64,000 nucleotides of DNA from Candidatus Multivorans sp. (GCA_965205095.1 OZ242040.1:455787-519786), one strand, 5' to 3'; counted from the stretch's first letter, positions 19,553 to 29,919 are shown. Translations and numbers: made by a program. Notes: a model not told the origin generated them from the sequence alone.

Positions 19553-19652
19553 GCAGAATCGTCGCCGCTTCGCGGCGCGTTCTCTCCACGGGTCAGAAGA
19601 CCCGCGGTCACCTGCCTGCGGCGGCGGCGGGTCGGAAGACCCGCGCACCCAG
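19553..19652. repeat. REP/BIME-like composite repeat (modules ATCGTCGCCGCTTCGCGGCGCG + 2x GGGTC(A/G)GAAGACCCGCG)
   Basis: Copies of the same modules occur at 29920-29990, 39300-39410, 40190-40330, 48600-48770, 49775-49860 and 50895-50985. Confidence 0.6.
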
Positions 19653-19663
19653 TTGGCCGGCAG

Positions 19664-21115
19664 CTACTGCGGACGCACGCGGTGGATCCGCATCAGGTTC
19701 GTCGGCGGCCGATCCTGGATCGGGTCGCCCATCAGCAGCACGATCATGTCGCCGGGCAGCGCCAGATTGCCGACCAGGAGTTGCCGGTCGACCATCGCGA
19801 CGACCTCGTCGTGGTGGTAGACCTCCTGGTCCATCTTCACGGAGTGAACGCCCCAGACGAGCTGGAGCTCGCGCATCGACCGTGATTCGCGCGTGAAGGC
19901 GAACACCGGCGTCGATGGCCGGCGGCAGGCAACCTGGCGAGCGGTGAAGCCGCCCTGGCTGAGGACGACGATGCCCTGAGCGGTCAGGTGCCGCGCCGAC
20001 AGGATCGCCGCGGCGGAGACCGTCTCGGGGATCTCCAGGGTGCCCGGCCGGTGCGGCGGCTCGATGTCGTACGGACCGACTTCCATCGTGTGGAAGCCGA
20101 CCGGCTGCGACGTGTGCTTCGAGAGGTTGTAGCGCTCCGACTCGGTGATGATCCGGTGCATCGTCTGGACCGCCTCGAGCGGGTAGCGCCCGGCGGCGCT
20201 CTCACCGGACAGCATCATCGCGTCGGCGCCGTCGAACACCGCGTTGGCCACGTCCGAGGACTCGGCGCGGGTTGGACGCGGATGTTCGATCATCGACTCC
20301 AGCATCTGGGTCGCGACGATCACCGGACGGGCGTGCCGCCAACCGGTCTCGATGATCCGCTTCTGCACGACGGGCACCTGGTGCAGTGGAATCTCCACTC
20401 CCAGGTCGCCGCGCGCCACCATCACCCCGTCGGACTCGAGCACGATCTCGTCGAGGTGGTCGAGCGCCCGCCGCCGTTCGAGCTTGGCGATGATCTGCAG
20501 CGGCCGGCCCGCCTCTCGCGACGCTTCCCGCACCTGGACGACGTCCGCCGGCGTACCGATGTAGCTCGCCGCGAGAAAGTCGGCGTCCTCCTCCACCGCC
20601 ATCCGAATGTCGTCGATGTCCTTCGCGGAAATCCGGAACGGCAGATGACTGTCCGGCAGGTTGACGCCCTTGCGGCTCGACACGGCGCCGCCGACGATGA
20701 CCTCCGCCTCGATCCTGTCCTCGTCCTTCGAGCGCACCTCCAGTTGCACGCGGCCGTCGTCGATCAGGATCTGCTCGCCCGGCCTGACGTGCCGGACCAT
20801 GTCCCGGTCGAGGGGCAGATCCGCCTCCGCGCTCGCGCCCAGGCCGACCACGTCGCCCTCCCTGAGCATCCGCGCCCCCTCGAAGTGATCGAGCCGGTGG
20901 CGGGGACCCATCAGGTCAACCATCACACCGACCGGCCGGCCGACCTCCTTGCTGACCTCCCGCACCAGACGAATCAGACGCCGGTGTTCTTCCCTGGTGC
21001 CGTGAGACTGGTTCAGCCGGACGACGTTGACGCCGGCGCGGATCAGCCGTGCGAGAATCTTCTCGCTCGAACTGGCCGGGCCGATCGTGGCAACGATCTT
21101 GGCTCGACGCTGCAC
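19664..21115 (-). CDS. pyk: pyruvate kinase
   Basis: Family signature along the full length (MQRRAKIVATIGPAS..., MVARGDLGVEIP). Confidence 0.9.
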   Translation of the reverse strand: MQRRAKIVATIGPASSSEKILARLIRAGVNVVRLNQSHGTREEHRRLIRLVREVSKEVGRPVGVMVDLMGPRHRLDHFEGARMLREGDVVGLGASAEADLPLDRDMVRHVRPGEQILIDDGRVQLEVRSKDEDRIEAEVIVGGAVSSRKGVNLPDSHLPFRISAKDIDDIRMAVEEDADFLAASYIGTPADVVQVREASREAGRPLQIIAKLERRRALDHLDEIVLESDGVMVARGDLGVEIPLHQVPVVQKRIIETGWRHARPVIVATQMLESMIEHPRPTRAESSDVANAVFDGADAMMLSGESAAGRYPLEAVQTMHRIITESERYNLSKHTSQPVGFHTMEVGPYDIEPPHRPGTLEIPETVSAAAILSARHLTAQGIVVLSQGGFTARQVACRRPSTPVFAFTRESRSMRELQLVWGVHSVKMDQEVYHHDEVVAMVDRQLLVGNLALPGDMIVLLMGDPIQDRPPTNLMRIHRVRPQ

Positions 21116-21140
21116 GATCCAGATCCCCTGTTCTGCCGGT

Positions 21141-22154
21141 TCAGGACTCGAACTGCGCCAGCCGCTCGATCAGATCCGCGACCCGGTTCGAGTAGCCCCA
21201 CTCGTTGTCATACCACGACACGACGCGGGCGTACACGCCGCCATCGGCCGGACTGACCCGGGTCAGCGGTGCGTCAAAGATCGACGAGTGGGGGTTGCCG
21301 AGAATGTCGGTCGAGACCAGGGGGGCGTCCGAGTACTGGAGGATGCCGGCCAGATTCGACTGCGCCGCCGCCTCTGCCGCAGCGTTGACGTCCCCGGCAG
21401 TCGGGGCGTCGCGCAGCCGGCAGGTCAGGTCGACGATCGAGCCGTCCGCCACCGGCACCCGCATCGCCATGCCGTCGAGCTTGCCGTTCAGGTGCGGAAG
21501 CACCTTGCCGACGGCGCGCGCGGCGCCGGTCGTCGTCGGGATGATGTTGGCGGTCGCCGAACGGCTGCGGCGCGGGTCGCTGTGCGGCGAGTCGACGAGG
21601 CGCTGGCCGTTGGTGTAAGCGTGGACGGTCGTGATGAAGCCCTCCTCGAAACCGAAGGCGTCGTCCAGCGTCTTGGCGAGGGGCGCCAGGCAGTTCGTCG
21701 TGCAGGAGGCGTTCGAGACGACCCGATGCTCCGGTCCGAGATCCCCGTCGTTGACGCCGAGCACGATCATGGCGTCGATCTCGTCCTTGGCGGGAACCGT
21801 GAGGACCACGCGCGGGGCGCCGGCGTCGAGATGTTGCGCCACCTGGGCGCGCGTCCGGAACACGCCGGTCGATTCGACCGCGACATCGACGCCGAGGTCA
21901 TTCCAGGGCAACCTGGACGGATCCCGCTCCGCCGAGAGCCGGATGTCCCGGCCGCCGACCCGAAGGCCGTTTCCGGCCACCTCGACCGGTTGATCGAAGA
22001 CGCCCTGCACCGTGTCGTAGCGCAGCAGATAGGCGAGGCGGTCCGCGTCGAACAGGTCGTTGATGCCAACGACCTCGACGTTCGGCCGGCCGGCGAGGAT
22101 GCGAAAGACGCTGCGGCCGATGCGACCGAAGCCATTGATGCCGACGCGGATCAC
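21141..22154 (-). CDS. gap: glyceraldehyde-3-phosphate dehydrogenase (type I)
   Basis: GINGFGRIGR NAD-binding motif, the ASCTTNCLAP active-site Cys and the TVHAYT His are all present. Confidence 0.9.
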   Translation of the reverse strand: MIRVGINGFGRIGRSVFRILAGRPNVEVVGINDLFDADRLAYLLRYDTVQGVFDQPVEVAGNGLRVGGRDIRLSAERDPSRLPWNDLGVDVAVESTGVFRTRAQVAQHLDAGAPRVVLTVPAKDEIDAMIVLGVNDGDLGPEHRVVSNASCTTNCLAPLAKTLDDAFGFEEGFITTVHAYTNGQRLVDSPHSDPRRSRSATANIIPTTTGAARAVGKVLPHLNGKLDGMAMRVPVADGSIVDLTCRLRDAPTAGDVNAAAEAAAQSNLAGILQYSDAPLVSTDILGNPHSSIFDAPLTRVSPADGGVYARVVSWYDNEWGYSNRVADLIERLAQFES

Positions 22155-23179
22155 GAGACACCCCCTTCGGCGCCGGCCGCTTCCTCAAGCGTGGCGACGA
22201 GTTCCACGAGCCGGTGCAGGTAGCCCCAGCCGTTGTCGAACCAGGCGATCGTCTTGGACACGCGATCACCCAGAGTCATCGTCGCCTGGGAGTCGAAGAT
22301 GCAGGTCGCCCTGCTGCCCACGGTGTCCGCGGAGACGATCGCCTCCCGCTCGAAGCGCAGCCGGCCGTTCCATTCGCCGCCGGCGGCAGCCGCCGCCTCA
22401 TCGTTGATCGCGTCGACCGTCACCGGATCGCGATGCCAGCAGACCAGGTCGACGACCGAACCGTTCGACACCGGCACGTCCATCGCCGAGGCCGAGAGCT
22501 TGCCGTTCAACTCGGGCAGCACGGTCGCGAGTTCCTCGGCCGCTCCCGTCGCGGCGGGAATGATGTTCTCGCCCGCGGCCCGGCCCTTGCGAAGTTCCGG
22601 CGCCGGCACGTCGGCCAGCCTCGAACCCGCCCCATAGGCGCGAACCGAACTGATAAACGCCTGTTCGACGCCGAAGGCCCCATCGAGGATGCGCAGCAAC
22701 GGCCCCGCGCAGTGCGCGGTGAACGAGCCGGCGGAGACGATGCGGTCCGACGGTTCGAGTTCATCCTCGTTCAGGCCGACGACGACCGTCCGGTCCAGTT
22801 CGCCGCCCGGCGGCGCGCAGAGCACGACGCGCTCCGCGCCTGCCTCGAGATGGCCGGCAAGTTCGTCCCGCGTCGGCTGGGTATCCCGGAAGTCGACGAC
22901 CGTGGTCACGCCATGGTCGGCCCAGGGCACTTCGCCCGCGGTTCCCGCCCCGAGGACGGGAGCGCTGGCGCCGTTGAGACTGAGGCGGTCCCCGTCGAGG
23001 CCGACCTCGCCGTCGAATCGCCATGGAAGGGTGGAGAACCGCAACAGGTAGCGCAGCATCTCCGGGTCGGCCGTATCGGCCACGGCCCCGATCTCGATCT
23101 CGGGACGATCGAGGGAAAGACGAAGCAGGCTGCGGCCAAGAAGGCCGAAACCCATGATGCCGATGCGGGTCGCGGTCAT
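22151..23179 (-). CDS. GAPDH-like paralog lacking the catalytic Cys and His (predicted non-catalytic)
   Basis: Co-linear with GAPDH (GIMGFGLLGR Rossmann motif retained). The active-site SCTTNC is replaced by SFTAHC, and VHAYT by VRAYG. An ATGA overlap couples it to gap. Confidence 0.7.
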   Translation of the reverse strand: MTATRIGIMGFGLLGRSLLRLSLDRPEIEIGAVADTADPEMLRYLLRFSTLPWRFDGEVGLDGDRLSLNGASAPVLGAGTAGEVPWADHGVTTVVDFRDTQPTRDELAGHLEAGAERVVLCAPPGGELDRTVVVGLNEDELEPSDRIVSAGSFTAHCAGPLLRILDGAFGVEQAFISSVRAYGAGSRLADVPAPELRKGRAAGENIIPAATGAAEELATVLPELNGKLSASAMDVPVSNGSVVDLVCWHRDPVTVDAINDEAAAAAGGEWNGRLRFEREAIVSADTVGSRATCIFDSQATMTLGDRVSKTIAWFDNGWGYLHRLVELVATLEEAAGAEGGVS

Positions 23180-23242
23180 CGAAGCCGGCCGTGCCGTTGC
23201 AATGCGGATAAGGCAGTCATCGGGGGCGGAGAATAGCCGACT

Positions 23243-24552
23243 TCAGAGCCGTGACGGAGGCCCGTACACCGACGCCAGGACCTCCATCGTGTGCCGCACC
23301 GGAACCGCGGCGCCCAGCCGCCGCAGGTGGCTCTCGATCTGGGTCAGGCAGCCGATGTTGCCGGTCGCGATCACGTCCGGTTCGCCTTCGAGCAGAACTT
23401 CGGCCTTCCTCTGTCCCAGGCGCGCCGCGAGTTCGGGCTCCTCCAGGTTGTAGATCCCCGCCGAACCGCAGCAGATCTGCCAGTCGCGCGGTTCCACCAG
23501 GGTCAGGTTCGGCACCCGGGCCAGCAATCGCCTGGGCGCCGCTCGCTCCGACTGGGCGTGAGCGAGGTGACAGGCGTCGTGGTAAGCGACCCGCAGCGGT
23601 TCCGGCAGCGGCGGCGGCGCCTCGCTCTCGAGCGTGGCCAGAAACGTGGAGACGTCCCGCACCTTCGCGGCAAGGGTCCGCGCCGCCTCTTCTTCGGGCC
23701 GCCCCGCGAACAGGAGGCCGTACTCCTTGAGGCCCGAGCCGCAGCCCGCCGCGTTGGTCAGTACCGCGTCGACGTCCGCCAGCAGACCCTCGGGACGGAA
23801 GATGCGCATCAGGGCGCCGGCCGATGCCCTGGCGCGCTCCGCATCGCCGGCATGGAAAGCCAGGGAGCCGCAGCACGCTTCCTCCCCGGGTACGACGACC
23901 TCGACGCCGCGACGGGTGAGCACCTCGATCGTCGCCTGGTGAATGCGCGGCGCCAGGACCTGCTGCGCGCAGCCGGCCAGGAGCGCAACCCGGGCGCGAC
24001 GCTCGCCCACCGCCGGGAACGTCCCGAGCTGCACCTCGGCCCGGTCCGCGGACCGCGGCAGCAGGTCGAGCGGAGCGGTGAGCCTGGCTGGCAACAGTGC
24101 GCGCAGCAACCCGCCGAGCGGCGTAGCCAGGCGGCCCAGGCGCAGCATCCAGCGCAACCGGGAGGGGCTCGCCAGACTGTCCAGCATCAGGCCACGCCAG
24201 AAGCGGTCGAATCCCGAACGGCGACGGCTGCCCTCGGCGAGTTCGCGGAAGGGCATCAGCAGTTCCCCGTACTCGACCCCCGACGGGCAGGCCGTCACGC
24301 ACGACATGCAGCCGAGGCAGGGATCGATGTGCCCCAGCGCCTCTTCCAGGTCGAGGTTGCCCTCGAGCACCTCCTTCATCAGCACGATGCGGCCGCGCGG
24401 GGAGTCCATCTCCTCGCCGAGTTCGACGTAGGTCGGGCACGCCGGAAGGCAGAAGCCGCAGTGAACGCAGGCCGAAACCGCTTCCGCCATCGGCGCGGCC
24501 GCGGCGCCGATCTCCGTTCGCAGCGCGTCCAACTCGATCGCGTGCTGCATTG
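23243..24552 (-). CDS. (Fe-S)-binding protein with two CCG domains, GlcF / glycolate-oxidase iron-sulfur subunit-like
   Basis: Two 4Fe-4S ferredoxin Cys clusters (CVHCGFCLPACP, CLGCMSCVTACP) and two CCG motifs (GCAQQ.., CCGSAG). The start is taken at the internal Met (MQHAIELD). The upstream extension of the long ORF is GC-frame read-through. Confidence 0.7.
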
Positions 24553-24605
24553 GCCGGAGCGTAGCGCAGCCCTGCGGGCAGCACGTCGACTGACACTGCC
24601 TTCCC

Positions 24606-24645
24606 CGGAAGCCGGCCGGAAGGCCGGCGCACCGACACCCGAAGG
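24606..24645. repeat. REP-like module GCCGGCCGGAAGGCCGGCGCACCGACA
   Basis: Near-identical copies at 32690-32720 and 39368-39398; variants at 48693-48715 and 49778-49800. Confidence 0.55.
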
Positions 24646-24666
24646 GCGTCGACTCTGCGGCTGCTC

Positions 24667-26238
24667 CTAGATGTGCTGGTACGCCTGAAGCGTCAGGAAT
24701 TCCTGGAACTCGGAGCCGAGCACCAGGTCGTCGAGCAGGGAAGCAGCGAGTCCGAAGCGGCTCGCTTCGCGGCCGCCGAGCTGGCTCAGCTCTTCGTCGC
24801 GCACCTGCTCGTAGAGCTCCGCCGTGACCTGTTCGCCGTTGTCCATCCGCGCGTTGCGATGGACCCACTGCCAGAGCTGGGCGCGGGCGATCTCGGCGGT
24901 CGCCGCGTCCTCCATCAGGTTGTTGATCGCGGCCGCTCCGTTGCCGTTGAGCCAGGAGTTCATGTACTGAAGCCCTACGGACACGTTGTTGCGCAGCCCC
25001 TGCTCGGTCAGCGAACCGCCGGGCACGTTCAGGTCGATCAGGCTGCCGGGCTCGATGGAGACGTCCTGGCGCAGCCTCTCCTTCTGGTTCGGACGGCCCT
25101 CCATCTTCGTGGAGAACACTTCCAGGGCGATCGGCACCAGATCCGGATGGGCGACCCAACTGCCGTCGAAGCCGTCGCCGGCCTCGCGCTCCTTGTCGGC
25201 CCGGACCGCCGCCAGCGCCGTCGCGTTGACTTCCGGATCGCGCCGGCTCGGGATGAAGGCCGCCATGCCGCCGATCGCGTGCGCGCCGCGACTGTGGCAG
25301 GTGCGGACCAGGAGCTCCGTGTAGGAGCGCATGAAGGGAACGGTCATCGTGATCTGGCCGCGGTCGGGCAGCACCAGGTCCTCGCGGAACGCGAACTTCT
25401 TGATCGCGCTGAAGATGTAGTCCCAGCGCCCGGCGTTGAGCCCCGCCGAGTGGTCGCGCAGTTCGTAGAGGATCTCCTCCATCTCGAAGGCGGCGAGGAT
25501 CGTCTCGATCAGCACCGTGGCGCGGACGCTGCCCTGCGGAACCCCTAGCGCATCCTGGGCGGCAACGAAGATGTCGTTCCAGAGCCGCGCCTCGTGGCGG
25601 TTCTCGAGCTTCGGCAGATAGAAGTACGGCCCGCTGCCGCGGCTGAGCGCCTCCTTCGCGTTGTGGAAGAAGTAGAGGCCAAAGTCGAAGATGCCGGCAG
25701 AGACGGGCTCGCCGTCGATCAGGGCATTCTTCTCGATCAGGTGCCAGCCGCGCGGACGCACCAGCAAGGTCGCGATCTCGTCCTTGAGGCGGTACTCCTT
25801 GCCGTTGCCGGGGTTCGTGAACTCCAACTTTCTGCGCACCGCGTCGTACAGGTTCTGCTGACCCTCGATCACGTTGCGCCAGCTCGGACTGAGCGCGTCC
25901 TCGATGTCCGCCATGAACACCTTCGCGCCGGAGTTCAGCGCGTTGATCATCATCTTGCGGTCGACGGGACCGGTGATCTCGGCCCAGCGGCAGTTCAGGT
26001 CCGCCGGCGTCGGCGCGACCTTCCAGTCGCCGTCCCGGACTTCCTGCGTCTCGGAGGGGAAGGTCGGATCCTCCCCGGCCTGGATCCGGGCGTGGCGATC
26101 GACCCGGTCCTGGAGCAACTGGACCCGGCGCTCATCGAACTGCCTGCAAAGGTCGCCGGCGAACTCGAGCGCCTCCGGCGTCAGGATGTGTTCCGCCGCC
26201 TCGAAGTCCCGCGGCCCGCTGATCTCGATTCCACTCAT
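24667..26238 (-). CDS. aceB: malate synthase A
   Basis: Full-length match to the malate synthase A family (...[10 protein letters not shown]..., catalytic Arg/Asp regions). Confidence 0.9.
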   Translation of the reverse strand: MSGIEISGPRDFEAAEHILTPEALEFAGDLCRQFDERRVQLLQDRVDRHARIQAGEDPTFPSETQEVRDGDWKVAPTPADLNCRWAEITGPVDRKMMINALNSGAKVFMADIEDALSPSWRNVIEGQQNLYDAVRRKLEFTNPGNGKEYRLKDEIATLLVRPRGWHLIEKNALIDGEPVSAGIFDFGLYFFHNAKEALSRGSGPYFYLPKLENRHEARLWNDIFVAAQDALGVPQGSVRATVLIETILAAFEMEEILYELRDHSAGLNAGRWDYIFSAIKKFAFREDLVLPDRGQITMTVPFMRSYTELLVRTCHSRGAHAIGGMAAFIPSRRDPEVNATALAAVRADKEREAGDGFDGSWVAHPDLVPIALEVFSTKMEGRPNQKERLRQDVSIEPGSLIDLNVPGGSLTEQGLRNNVSVGLQYMNSWLNGNGAAAINNLMEDAATAEIARAQLWQWVHRNARMDNGEQVTAELYEQVRDEELSQLGGREASRFGLAASLLDDLVLGSEFQEFLTLQAYQHI

Positions 26239-26533
26239 TCTGCCGTCTCCCGAACCGGTCGTTGACCGGAGTCTCGTCTCGTCGTCCGTTGTCGCCTGAC
26301 TCGCCGAACGGCAACCACCGCCCGTCGAAGCGGCGGCAGCTTACCGGATGCTCGAAACGCCCTGAAACCGCGAACGGCCCGGAGCCGTACAACGTTTCGG
26401 CACCGGCGGGGAACATGCGACAATGCCGCGGCGTTGCATGCTCCCGGCGTCACCAGCCGGTCGAAAGGCCTTTCCCACCCAGTTTCCGCGGCGCGGGCTC
26501 ACGGCGCCGTCCAGCGACCGGAGGTTCAGCTTC

Positions 26534-29500
26534 ATGATCGTCTCCCGTACCGCCTCAGGCGCAACCCTGCGCATCGCCGCCCTGATCGCCGTCCTCTCGG
26601 CAGCCCCCGCGACGGCCCAGACCGGCGAGCCAACGAAGCTGCTTCGCTTCCCGGACCTGTCCGGCGACCGGATCGCGTTCACCTATGCGGGCGACATCTG
26701 GCTCGCCTCGGCGGAAGGCGGCGCCGCGAGACGGCTGACTTCCCATCCCGGTCTGGAGCTGTTCGCGAAGTTCTCGCCGGACGGCTCGCAGATCGCCTTC
26801 ACCGGCCAGTACGACGGCGACGAGCAGGTCTACGTCGTGGACACCGCGGGCGGCGCGCCAAGGCAGTTGACCTTCTATCCGGCGGCCGGACCGCTCGCGC
26901 CGCGCTGGGGCTACGACTACCAGGTCTACGGCTGGTCGCCCGACGGCAAGTCCGTGCTGTTCCGGTCGCTTCGCGACGGCTGGGACCTGGGCGACACGAA
27001 GCTCTTCCTTGTCGACACGGCCGGCGGCCTGCCGCGAGCCCTGCCGATGCCCGAGTCCGGCGGCGGCGACCTCTCGCCGGACGGAAAGCGCGTCGTCTAC
27101 TCGCCGGTGACCCGGGACTTCCGGCACTGGAAGCGCTATGAAGGCGGCTGGGCGCAGGACCTCTGGATCCTCGACATCGAGAGCCTGGAGTCGATCCAGG
27201 TCACGGACCACAAGCGCTCCGACCGCGATCCGATGTGGATCGGCGACACGATCTACTTCTCGTCCGACCGCGACGGCACGCTGAACCTCTACGCCTACGA
27301 CACGGCCTCCGGCGACATCGAGCAGCTCACCGAAGAGGACCGCTGGGACGTGCGCTGGCCCAGCGCGGACAAGGCGAACGGGCGGATTGTCTACGAGAAG
27401 GCCGGTTCGCTCGAGGTCTTCGACGTCGCATCGGGCAGCGCCCGTCCGGTCCCGATCCACGTGCCGACGGACCAGCTTGCCCGCCGGCCCAGCCACGTGT
27501 CCGCGGCAAACGGGGTCTCGGGCTACTCGCTCAGCCCGAAGGCGAACCGGGCCGCCTTCTCCGCCCGCGGCGACATCTTCAGCGTGCCGGTCGAGCACGG
27601 GCCGACCCGCAACCTGACCCACAGCTCCGGCGCCAACGACCGCGATCCGGCCTGGTCGCCCGACGGCCGGCGAATCGCCTTCACCTCCGATCGCAGCGGC
27701 GAAACGGAGATCTGGGTGGTCGACCAGGACGGCAGCGGCGAACCGGTGCAACTCACCGAGGGCAGCGTCGGACGCCACTACAACAACCTGCTGTGGTCGC
27801 CCGGCAGCGACCGCATCGCCTTCATCGACCAGCAGGGGCGGCTCGGGATCGTCGACGCAGGCGACCGGAACGGCGACGGCGCGGCGACCGGGCCACGGGA
27901 GATCATCGAGGTCGCCGACGACTCCCGGCCCTTCGGCACCAGCTACGACTGGTCGCCGAAAGGGGACTACCTGGCGGTCGAACTCGGCGACCCGAACGAG
28001 TTCGGCTCGATCCACCTGTTCGAGGTCGAGAGCCGGACGCTCACCCGCGTGACGTCCGAGATGTGGAATGACTTCTTCCCCGTCTTCGGCGCGGGCGGCG
28101 ACTACCTCTACTTCCTCTCCGACCGTCAGTTCCAGCCGCAGATCGGCAGCTTCGAGTACAACTACGCCGCCGATCGCGAGACGTACATCTACGCGCTCGC
28201 CCTGCGCGAGGACACGGCGCATCCCTTCCCGCCGCGGAGTGACGAGGTCGAGATCGAGGAAGAAGAAGACGACGAGGAGGACGGCGACGGCGGCAAGGAG
28301 CACGAGAGCGACGACGACAGCGACGAGGAGGAGGACGGGAAGGACGGTGACCGGATCGACCTCGACGGCATCGCAGGGCGCGTGGCCCGCGTCCCGGTCG
28401 ACGCGGACAACTACTTCGGCCTCGGCGCCGCCGAAGGCAAGCTGCTCTACGTGCGCGGCGGCGCCGGCTACCTGGGCCGCTCCTCCGACGTCCAGACCGA
28501 GGTCTTCTCGTACGACCTCGACAAGCGCGAAAGCAAGAGCCTGGCCAAGGGCATCGGCGGCCTGGTCCTCTCCGGCGACCGCAGAAAACTGCTCGTCAGC
28601 GAACGCGGCAGCTTCCGGCTCCTCGACGTTGGCGGCGGCGAGGCGAAGACCATCTCCCTCGCCGGCCTGGCCGTCGACCGGGTGCCGGACGAGGAATGGG
28701 CCCAGATCTTCGACGAGGTGTGGCGCCGGTTCCGGGACTTCTTCTACGCCCCGAACATGCACGGCTACGACTGGGAGGCGCTGCGCGAGCAGTACCGGCC
28801 GCTGCTAGCTCACGTCGGCCACCGCAGCGACCTGAACTACCTGATGAGCGAGATGGTCGCCGAGCTGAACGTGTCCCACGCCTACGTCAGCGGCGGCGAC
28901 TACGAAGCGCCCGACCGGCCGCGCGCCGCCCTGCTCGGCGCCCGCTTCGAACTCGACGAGGATGCCGGTCGCTACCGGATCGCCCGCATCTTCGAAGGCC
29001 AGAACGAGGAGCCCCGCTACCGCTCGCCGCTCACCGAGATCGGCGTCGACGTCGACGCGGGCGACTACCTGTTCGCGATCCAGGGCCGCGAGCTGACGCC
29101 GGACACGAACCCGTTCCAGCTCCTCCGCGAGGCCGGACGGGGACCGCTGGAGCTGACCGTCGATTCGAGCGCCGACCGTGGCGAGGCGAAGAACGTCCTC
29201 GTCGATCCCATCGCGAGCGAGGACGCGCTGATCTACCTCGCCTGGACCGAGCGCGCCCGCGGCATCGTCGAGGAGCTCGGCGGCGGCCGGATCGGCTACC
29301 TCCACATCCCCGACATGTCGGCGAGCGGCATCCGGGAGTGGATCAAGTGGTACTACGGCCAGGTCCGCAAGGACGCCATGGTCGTCGACGTCCGCTCGAA
29401 CGGCGGCGGCAACGTGTCGCCGATGATCATCGAGCGGCTGCGGCGCGAGACGCTGATGCTCGACTTCGAGCGCAACCGCGACTCCGTCGACACCTCGCCC

Positions 29501-29893
29501 GGCGGCGTCTTCCACGGCCACCTCGTCTGCGTGATCGACGAGGACACCGCCTCGGACGGCGACCAGTTCGCGTACCAGTTCCGGCGCGCCGGGCTGGGAC
29601 CGATCGTCGGCAAGCGGAGCTGGGGCGGCGTCGTCGGCATCTACGGCCGGGCGCCGCTGATCGACGGCGGCTCCGTCAACGTGCCCGAGGCCGGCTCCGC
29701 CGACCCGGAGGGCAACTGGGTGATCGAGGGCTACGGCGTCGACCCGGACATCGAGGTCACGAACCTGCCCCGCGACATCCTCGAAGGACGGGACCCGCAA
29801 CTCGCGAAAGCCGTCGAGCTCCTGCTCGAGAAACTGGAGGAAGATCCGCGGACACTGCCCGGCCGCCCGGCCGACCCGATCAAGACGCCATAA
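26534..29893 (+). CDS. tricorn-protease-like S41 peptidase (WD40-like beta-propellers + PDZ + S41 catalytic domain)
   Basis: Signal peptide; repeated FSPDG/WSPDG beta-propeller blades; C-terminal S41 domain (GGGNVSP.., KRSWGGVVG). Contains a 35-aa acidic low-complexity insert (EIEEEEDDEEDGDGGKEHESDDDSDEEEDGKDGD). Confidence 0.8.
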   Translation: MIVSRTASGATLRIAALIAVLSAAPATAQTGEPTKLLRFPDLSGDRIAFTYAGDIWLASAEGGAARRLTSHPGLELFAKFSPDGSQIAFTGQYDGDEQVYVVDTAGGAPRQLTFYPAAGPLAPRWGYDYQVYGWSPDGKSVLFRSLRDGWDLGDTKLFLVDTAGGLPRALPMPESGGGDLSPDGKRVVYSPVTRDFRHWKRYEGGWAQDLWILDIESLESIQVTDHKRSDRDPMWIGDTIYFSSDRDGTLNLYAYDTASGDIEQLTEEDRWDVRWPSADKANGRIVYEKAGSLEVFDVASGSARPVPIHVPTDQLARRPSHVSAANGVSGYSLSPKANRAAFSARGDIFSVPVEHGPTRNLTHSSGANDRDPAWSPDGRRIAFTSDRSGETEIWVVDQDGSGEPVQLTEGSVGRHYNNLLWSPGSDRIAFIDQQGRLGIVDAGDRNGDGAATGPREIIEVADDSRPFGTSYDWSPKGDYLAVELGDPNEFGSIHLFEVESRTLTRVTSEMWNDFFPVFGAGGDYLYFLSDRQFQPQIGSFEYNYAADRETYIYALALREDTAHPFPPRSDEVEIEEEEDDEEDGDGGKEHESDDDSDEEEDGKDGDRIDLDGIAGRVARVPVDADNYFGLGAAEGKLLYVRGGAGYLGRSSDVQTEVFSYDLDKRESKSLAKGIGGLVLSGDRRKLLVSERGSFRLLDVGGGEAKTISLAGLAVDRVPDEEWAQIFDEVWRRFRDFFYAPNMHGYDWEALREQYRPLLAHVGHRSDLNYLMSEMVAELNVSHAYVSGGDYEAPDRPRAALLGARFELDEDAGRYRIARIFEGQNEEPRYRSPLTEIGVDVDAGDYLFAIQGRELTPDTNPFQLLREAGRGPLELTVDSSADRGEAKNVLVDPIASEDALIYLAWTERARGIVEELGGGRIGYLHIPDMSASGIREWIKWYYGQVRKDAMVVDVRSNGGGNVSPMIIERLRRETLMLDFERNRDSVDTSPGGVFHGHLVCVIDEDTASDGDQFAYQFRRAGLGPIVGKRSWGGVVGIYGRAPLIDGGSVNVPEAGSADPEGNWVIEGYGVDPDIEVTNLPRDILEGRDPQLAKAVELLLEKLEEDPRTLPGRPADPIKTP

Positions 29894-29919
29894 CATCCAC
29901 GAGAGGAACACCCCGAAGC

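Noticed and set aside
19988-24670. Plus-strand ORFs 19988..21256, 21027..22223, 22214..23236, 23291..24670 opposite the pyk-gap-glcF operon
   Set aside because: The minus-strand genes have near-textbook motifs. The plus-strand translations are low-complexity.
24553-25159. 5' extension of the GlcF-like ORF (long ORF 23243..25159) overlapping aceB
   Set aside because: The extension is antisense to the malate synthase C-terminus and contains a REP-like module. The internal Met (MQHAIELD) followed by the ferredoxin Cys cluster is the credible start.
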